In this document: one piece after another, positions 56,093-64,000 of the stretch
How the letters are laid out: each line of letters starts with the position of its first letter
Numbering within the stretch: the first letter of the stretch is position 1
Source of the DNA: Amoebidium appalachense
Lineage: Eukaryota > Protista > Ichthyosporea
Reading direction: 5' to 3'
NCBI GenBank assembly: GCA_963693365.1
Contig: CAVNZM010000002.1
Coordinates: 7,470,454-7,534,453 of the forward strand
DNA length: 64,000 nt
Notes under the pieces: model-generated
What the model was told of the DNA's origin: nothing
The model's database searches: none
Seen by the model: the letters and a program-made list of their open reading frames with translations, nothing else
Position numbers and translations under genes: made by a program

Positions 56093-56647
56093 GCTATCAC
56101 AACAGTGTTGCAAGGACATCCTGATGAATCAACCAAGTAAGGCAGTAATACTATATTTCTTCAGAATCTTAGCCATGATCCAGAAGATAATGTACCTGTT
56201 TCTCTACTCTACTCTTCTTTTCTTTTCTTTTTCTTTTTCTTTTGTGTGTGTGTGTGTGTGCGTGTGGTGGTGGTGGTGGTGGGGGGGGGGGGGGGGGGGG
56301 GGGGGAGGGGGGGGGATGTTGCCTCATTGTTTATTGTGTCATCGGATATTCAGTATTAAGCGGTCCTACCGTTTTGGCCAGAGCAGTCACTCAGTAAATT
56401 CAATGTAATAAAGTTAGCGCCAGTGAAGTTTACGACTTTTTGCAGCCATGGGTAATGCTTTTCTAGAGGCATAATTTATTTTGTGATCTGCCGAGGTAGG
56501 TAGGGCCCTAATGGGTGTTGTGTACATAAAATGTTCTGTTACCACAGACTCAACAGTATAAAACGGTTTTTCCTATGGCTAACTGAAAGACGAAGACAAT
56601 GACATTGCATTGTGCCTGTAGTACTTAATTGTACACGCCACACCATA

Positions 56648-56756
<109 letters not shown>

Positions 56757-57004
56757 ACCAGTTCTTAACTTATTCACTCAACGAACCTTTCTGGTTTCGC
56801 GGCATACCTGTTATTAAAAATGGTTGTGTTTACCTAACCCAATGTACTGGCTCGCAAATATCACATTTTGACGTATAAGATCCATCGATTGAATCCCCGC
56901 TATTGAGTTATGACCTATCAAATTCGCGGATTAGCCAACGCTATTGAATTTTGGATATAATAAGGCTTGTTTGACCATCAATTGACACCTCACTTCACCG
57001 ATTG

Positions 57005-57264
57005 CCGTGTATATCATTGTTTACAGTGTCCATTGCAACACATAGCCATACACCGGCTCGAACCAGTTCGTATATAACTACTTGGGACGCCAAAGGCAGG
57101 GACTAAGTCCGCTAGTTTGTATTGTTCTACATTCTAGACCAACGCTTAGCTAATGAACGTGTTGTGATGCGCCCTTAGGCCACCGTTCATTCAGGTGTAA
57201 CTAACGTTGGCAGAGCCCCTTGTAAGCTCACTGGTTCTTACAGTATTACACTACTTGTACACGG
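57005..57264 (+). ncRNA. Candidate novel multi-pseudoknot ncRNA, copy B
   Basis: Homologue of 28924-29191; 9-bp closing stem CCGTGTATA/TGTACACGG; G-U pairs favour the + strand; TATAATAA ~50 nt upstream. Confidence 0.65.
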
Positions 57265-57355
57265 TATAATCTATAAATATATGGTCAACCGTTCAGCCCG
57301 ATTATTATTATTCAATCACTCTGTGTCATCTATTTCCCCTCTATTTCCCCTCTAC

Positions 57356-57409
<54 letters not shown>

Positions 57410-59444
57410 CTCTCAGTCTCTCTCTCCCTACACCATGAGGCCCCTCTCTCTCCGAGCCTCTCAGGCTCTCTATCATCCCCCCCCCCCCCCCCCCCTCCGT
57501 CTCTTTCTCTCTCTCTCTCTCTCTCTCCCCCCCCCCCCCCCCTCTCTCTCTCTCTTTCGAGATCTCTCTCTCTCTCTCGATCTCTATCTGAGTCCCTCCC
57601 CCCTCCCCCCTCCCCCCCCCCCCCCCCTGCTCACCGGCTGTCCCTCCCCCCCCCCCCCCCCCCCCCCCCCCTCCTCCCCTGTGATTCCCCTCCCCCCCCC
57701 CCAACCCGGCCCTAACTCAGTCACTTAGTCTTTCTTTTCACTCCGCCTTAGTTTTCTTTCTCACACCATACATTCGTGCCATGCATATACATGCACACAC
57801 GTGCACATGTAATTTTGTACCACGTGCACAGAGGCGCGAGTCCCATTTGCATGGTATCACATATATGCTTATGCACCTGCAATCACTTACACACGTGCAC
57901 GCACACATGCATATGAACACTTAACCCCGTGGTCTGGAACACGGGGTTAAGTACCGGATGTAAGCGAGGCCAGTGCTTACTTCATTGCCTTCATTTAAGG
58001 CAATAATAATTTTTAATTATAAACGTTTCCATCGATCGTCGGACACCCAGGATGTTTCTACAGTGACGCGTCATACATAGCCACATCAGATATTACACAG
58101 AAAATTATTTGATATATATATATATATTTATTATGGAGGGCCAATCTTAACACGGTACTGGTGATAATCGTTATCTAGATAGGCACATATATCCATATGC
58201 AACATTACAATCAGCCATAAAAAATGGTTCGTTTTCTGGTCACAACATCGTTAGTGGCCGCCCAGGCAGGTGCCAAAAAAAGTCACACATCGAAAGTAGT
58301 TCAATTGCTATCACCAAACATAGATTAATGACACAAAACCAATCAAAATCAACGAAATAGCCTATTCTGGAAACAGCTGGATATAAGATGGAGTGAATCC
58401 TACGAATTCAAAAGGGAAAAGGCTCGCCCCAACGTCCCAATCTAGTATACCACGGTTATTCTTCAACTCGGAATTTGTGAAAGCACGCATTAACACATAC
58501 AGTAAGGAAAAAAAAACGTGTACAAGCTACATGTCAAACTGCTACAAAAGGTAACCGAGCGAAGTGCAAAAAAATAAACTACGAAGCACCACGGCATTTC
58601 AAAAATATGCATAAACCCCTGCTACAGCCAATCCACCCCCCCCCCCCCCCCCCCAAAAAAAAAAAAAAAAAAAAAAAAAGATTAGGAAGGCTATTTCGAA
58701 CCATCAGAATCATGCGGACATTGCATTCTCCACCAATGGGGCTGCCTGTGTTTTGCCACCGCTCATCTCGTTGTTTTTGCAGCCTAGCTGCCCATTTTCG
58801 ATTGGTGGCCAACCTACAGCAAGATTGCCCGTGTGAGTGAAGTGGTCGTGAATAGCAGTAGTCTTGTCTGGTATGTGGGTTGGGGAAGTAGGATGCGGAC
58901 AAAGACGTGTGTGTGAGTGTGTGAGTGTGTGTGGATATAGGGGGGAGGGGGGGAGGGGCGCGGGTCGGAAGGGGGAGGGGGGTGGGGTGGTGGCTTGTTT
59001 TTGTTTGGGGGGGGGGGGGGGGGGGGGGGGGGTGATTGGGTGTATGTGTGTCTCTGTGTGTGTGTGGGGGAGGGGGGGGGGGGGGGGGGGGGGGGGTGTC
59101 GGTGTATGGGTGTATGTGTGTGTATGTGTCTGTTGGTGTGTGGTGTGTGTGTAGGTGGGTGTGTGTGTGGGGGGGGGGAGGGGCGGGGAGTGTGTGTGTG
59201 TACTTGTGTGTGTGTGTGTGCTTGTATGTTTGTGTGTGTGTGTGTGCGCGCGCGTTGTGTGCGTGTGTGTGTATGTGTGTGTGTATTTGGGGGGGTGGGA
59301 GGGGGGGGGGATTGTGTCTGTGTGTGTGCGTGTATGTGCTTGTTGGTGTGTGGTGTGTGTGTGTGTGTGTGTGTGTCTGTGTCTGTGTGTTTGTGTTGTC
59401 TGTGTCTGTGTGTTTGTGTTTGTGTGTGTGTGTGTGTGTGCACG

Positions 59445-59506
<62 letters not shown>

Positions 59507-59845
59507 GCGTGTGTGTGTATGGGTGCGCGTGCGTGTGTGTATGTGTGTGTGTGTGTGTGTGCGCGCGCGCGTGCGGTGCGTGCGTGCATGCGTGCATGCG
59601 TGTGCAAGCTGTGTGTGTGTGTGTGCGCGCGCTTGTGTGAGTGTGTGTGGTTCTACTTTATCTTGTATGAAGGAAATTATTCACACGTAGAAAAACACCA
59701 CTTTGGTGCGAAAAAATGCAGAATCAAGGAGGTGGGGGGGGAGGGGGACGAGAATTTAGTGAACTGGGAACTGAACTGAACTAGGTACTTGCCTGTGGCT
59801 GCGTCTGTGTGTGCGTGGGTGGGTGTGTCTGTGTGTGCGGGGGGT

Positions 59846-59883
<38 letters not shown>

Positions 59884-60298
59884 TCACGAGCAAAAGCCAT
59901 GGGCTGGGTGCATATGGACACAAAAGTGTGCAACAGTAAATTGAGGATCGGGTGGGTAGTACGCTCGAGTGCAAACATGTGCCCTGGTGTATATGTCAAG
60001 CAATTGCTTTCAATTCTAGCCGCACAACAAGGGATGGGAGGGAGGGATGGGAGGGAGGGGGGGGGGGGGGGAGGGGGGAGGGGGAGGGGGGAGGGGGCAG
60101 GGGGGTAGGATTCGGAACAGGGTACCACATGTGCAACCACAGTAACACCAAATGAGGAACACAGCGCAGGACACAGAAAATGTAATGGTAAGAAAAAGCA
60201 ACCATTTAAATAAACGTAGTGTGCAACATAAGCAGGGCCCAAGTCATATTATTAAACTGCATCTGAGTATCGACCCTATAGTGTCACGCCCTCGGGGG

Positions 60299-60339
<41 letters not shown>

Positions 60340-60397
60340 TATTATGAGGGTCAGAACAGGGAAGCATGGACACGAAAAGCCCAACTCTAAAGCAGAA

Positions 60398-60543
<146 letters not shown>

Positions 60544-60766
60544 GTGCGTGTTGTGTGCGTGTGTGTGTGTGTGCGTGCGTGTGTGTGCGTGTGCGTGTGC
60601 GCGCGCGCGTGTGTGTGCGTTGTGTTTGTGTTGTGTGTGTGTGCATGCGCGTGGGTGCATACAGGCGTGGGCTTTGTGGTGAGACAGCAGTGGAGGGTTA
60701 TGGTGTGGGTGTGTGTGTGCTGCGGGAGGTTGGGGGAGGGCGGGGGAAGGAGGAGGAGGGGGAGGT

Positions 60767-60799
<33 letters not shown>

Positions 60800-60806
60800 C
60801 TACCCT

Positions 60807-62672
60807 TCAAGGGAGATGCCTCTTTCTGATTTCAGCCTCCAAACGATCGATTCGCTCCTGTTGCTTTGCCACCACCTGTTGAGAGAAGAAAGGGTGACGC
60901 ATACAAACCGACCCGATTGTGATTTTTGGGCACGAAGCCAAGGCTAAAATGCTGATCTCGGACGAAAGGATCTCAACCTTGCAAAGGTTTTCGTGGCCCG
61001 CAAAACCTTTCAGCGTACTGATTTTCTCCACACTGAGGAGTGAGGGTGATTGTATGGTGGGAATATGTGTCAGTACGCTGATGTCCCTCAATTTGGGGCA
61101 TAAGGAGAGTTCAACATGCCTCAATGCTCGGTTTGTGGCGGGCACGTTACCGAGTGAACACAGCAAATTGCATTTCTGTATAACTAGGCTCCTCAGATTT
61201 GGTGTGAGAGGGAAAAGGGTCGTACGACGTTCGACAAAACAATGCGGGCCACCGAGGTGGGTGGGCGGACCATGTTTATATCCGTATTACACACGTCACC
61301 TACGGACAATACCTGCAGAGCGTGGCAGTGCGAAAGAAAGCCGTAAAATGGGTCGTCCGATAGTTTCGTGCTGTCTATAATTAGATGCCTAAGGCGATTA
61401 TTAGAAGAACTCGATTTGACGAACGCCAAATTACCGACTCTCTCGAGGAGTAGCGCAGAAAGGAGGGGGTGGTGGTCCAGATTTAACTCGTTTCCCGTCG
61501 GATGATTATGCGTAGTTTCACAGACAAATTGAGACAACCTCATATTTGTCAACGCCTTAAACGCTGCGAGAGAATCGAGCCGCACTTTGCCAACACCGGA
61601 GAGTGTCAGAATTTTGAGTGTTTGCGTTCGCGCCGACAGAAATGACAACGACTTAATCGATTCGAGTGATAACACAACAACCCCAGAATACAACTCAAAC
61701 TTCACCAACCGATCCGACTGAATATGCGGAACGCCCTCCGGTAACCCCTCGCAACACAACGTAATGCTTCGTAGCTTTCAACAATTCCCCAACGTTTCCG
61801 CAAAAAGGGCCTGTTGCACGTCAAACCTACCCACTTCCAAAGTAGGAAAATAGGGAATTTCGAACACCGGAAGTTCGTCGCTGTCGATGTCGTCCTCCGG
61901 CCACACATACACTTCGATGTGAGTGAGGTTAGGGCGAAGCTGCAAAAGGGAAACGACGGAAGACGCGTTATCCGGATTGCTGTGTTGTACGCGTATACGC
62001 TCCAGGTTGGGGGTGGCAAAAAGAAAACTCTCCAACATATAGCCGTTGATCGATTCGAAGTACATTCGTTTTACGCTGCCGTTTGGTGTTAGTGGAGATA
62101 ATTCGGAAAACCAAGGTGCCTCTACGTCCACCGCAAAGTCTTCCATTTGGGTGCATCGTTCGAACACGTCATTGACGAATGCCAAATCGTCATAGACATA
62201 GGTTTTTGATCCAATTCGCCCAGAACAAGATCAACATTCTTCAACTTGGGTCCGATGGTTTCGATTAGCGACGTCATAAGCGGCGCCCAGAATGGGCCAG
62301 GCGCGTCGTTCCATAACACGTTGAGAGTTTCAATTCTTGGAAGCAGCGGAATCTGGCGGAAGGTAGACTGAAATATCTCCTCGTGTTGTGGATTGAGTAT
62401 GTCGCACATCTCATTGACGTCCAGCACCAAAGCACCTATTGCACCATGCCACGGTGTCGACATGGCCAACTTGTCAACCGCTACCCTAACCCCATCAACC
62501 AAAGGGAAAGAGTCGCTCGTGAAAGAAATTTTTACCAAACCGGCCTGGGGGGACCGTGCCAGGGCGCAGAATCGGCGGCTGACCAGCCAAAATGTCTTGC
62601 GGTCAGCCAACGGCAGAAAGTGAATAATGTTGGTGATGAGCTCGGGAGGGAGGGCCAGGAGGGGGCTATGCT
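60807..62672 (-). pseudogene. F-box / leucine-rich-repeat protein; large exon with two frameshifts and one in-frame stop
   Basis: F-box LLALPPELITNIIHFLPLADRKTFWLVSRRF follows an acceptor (CCCAG); LRR units PNLERIRV, PNLTHIEV, NC*KLRSITL, PNLRSLVI and LCPKLRDIS. Frameshifts near 62203-62207 (A5 run) and ~61205-61230; TGA at 61778-61780. Confidence 0.8.
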
Positions 62673-62790
62673 CTGGGTGTGCAAAAACACGTGTTACAAA
62701 CAGGTGGCGGGGATGGGCACAAAAAAGGTGTTTGTGTGTGTGTGTTTGGGGGGAAGTGGGGAGGATGAGGGGGTTGGGGGTGGGGAGGGG

Positions 62791-62961
62791 GTTTGAATGC
62801 GGAACACGGTACGAAGTACGCATACACGATGAAAAGCATGGTGCAGGACACATGCAAAGGCAAACATTCAAGTATGCAACATCAGCCATGCGCACAGTAT
62901 GCGTCATAAGCAGAGCCCATCCTCAGGGCCCAAGTCATCAATTGCGTTTGAGTTTCGACCC
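62791..62961. repeat. Dispersed ~170-bp repeat
   Basis: TTGAATGCGGAACACGGTAC..CATACACGATGA also occurs at 656-715 and partially at 63236-63260; diverged copies at 60113-60277 and 63305-63453. Confidence 0.75.
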
Positions 62962-63268
62962 CTTAGCCCGCGTATATACGACTCTCCAACTCAGACAGCA
63001 GCATCAACTGAACTTGGGAGGGTCAACCCGTCTTGATCAAAGACGAGCAGGCTTGCTTATGCAAGCGGAGCAAAACCGTGAAGATGTGTGTGCAAACTAA
63101 AGCAGTGCAGCGAAAAATGTGGTATGTGCTTACAGGTGCACGACACAGAGCAACCATGCCCGGTTGCATGGAAGTAAAGCGGTCTCCACACAATGCTCTG
63201 TCCTGAAAGGACACCTCTGAAAGAAGACTGGGCGGGTTTGAATGCGGAACACGGTACGATGGGGGTGG

Positions 63269-63306
<38 letters not shown>

Positions 63307-63550
63307 TGAATACATAGCAGGGTACAAAGTAGAGCTAAATGATAAGATTCACCGTGCAGCACACATGCAAAAGTAGACACTCAAAAATGCAACATCAGAA
63401 ACGTGTAGCATGCACCATAAGCAGAATCCATGCATAGGGGTGCCCAAGCCATGAAAAATGTGCCGGGGGTTAGGCAAAGAGCCAACAAGAAGTAAACCCC
63501 CATGAATCAACTGCTTACGCGCATATTTGTGTTTGTGTTTGTGTGTTTGT

Positions 63551-63640
<90 letters not shown>

Positions 63641-63671
63641 TGTGTGTGTGTGAGTGTATGTGTGTGTGGTG

Positions 63672-63709
<38 letters not shown>

Positions 63710-64000
63710 AAAGAGAGAGTGTGTGTGTGTGTGCGCGCGCGCGTATTTCGAAGCGTAAGTGAGAGAGAGAGAGAGAGAGCGAGAGCGAGAGAGAGTGAAG
63801 GTTAGAGAGTGTGAGTGTGTGTGTGTACTAAAATAAGCACTTACGTTTGCTTACGCACTTCCAATCCTTTTTTTAGAGCTGTAGATGTATGGATATGTAT
63901 AAATGTGCATCTGTGCATGTGTATGTGTGTGTGTGCGTGTGCCGTTGTGTCCGTGTCTGTGTGGGCGTATATGTATCATTCATGTGTCCTGCACAAACGC

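Noticed and set aside
61778-61780. Selenocysteine or recoded UGA in the F-box/LRR gene
   Set aside because: The gene also has two frameshifts, TGA serves as a normal stop elsewhere in the window, and a CGA>TGA mutation is the simpler explanation.

Overview
Eukaryotic, intron-containing DNA that is very rich in (GT)n, (GA)n and poly-G/C tracts; some homopolymer errors are likely. The organism cannot be fixed from the sequence. Main contents: (1) A tandem array of three 4-exon Rolling-stone/AIG1-ADTRP-like membrane protein genes on the + strand. Copies 1 and 3 are intact; the middle copy is a chimeric pseudogene split by a ~6 kb insertion that carries a spliced BEN-domain gene. (2) A full-length Ty1/copia element (12309-17942, -, TSD CGGAG) with a half-tRNAiMet PBS, a gag that starts inside the LTR, and LTRs of unequal length. 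(3) A very young chromodomain Ty3/gypsy element (44695-52934, -, TSD GTGCT) whose gag and pol are in frame across a single UAG; it sits inside a concentrative nucleoside transporter (SLC28/CNT) gene. (4) A disrupted F-box/LRR gene, a MITE with a 120-bp perfect palindrome, and a palindromic 20-bp minisatellite. The most novel signal is a dispersed family of ~200-300 nt, pseudoknotted non-coding elements: 28.9 kb and 57.0 kb are clear homologues with compensatory base changes, and 38.6 kb and 21.1 kb share the core fold. They match no RNA class I recognise. All pairings were read by eye and need computational confirmation.
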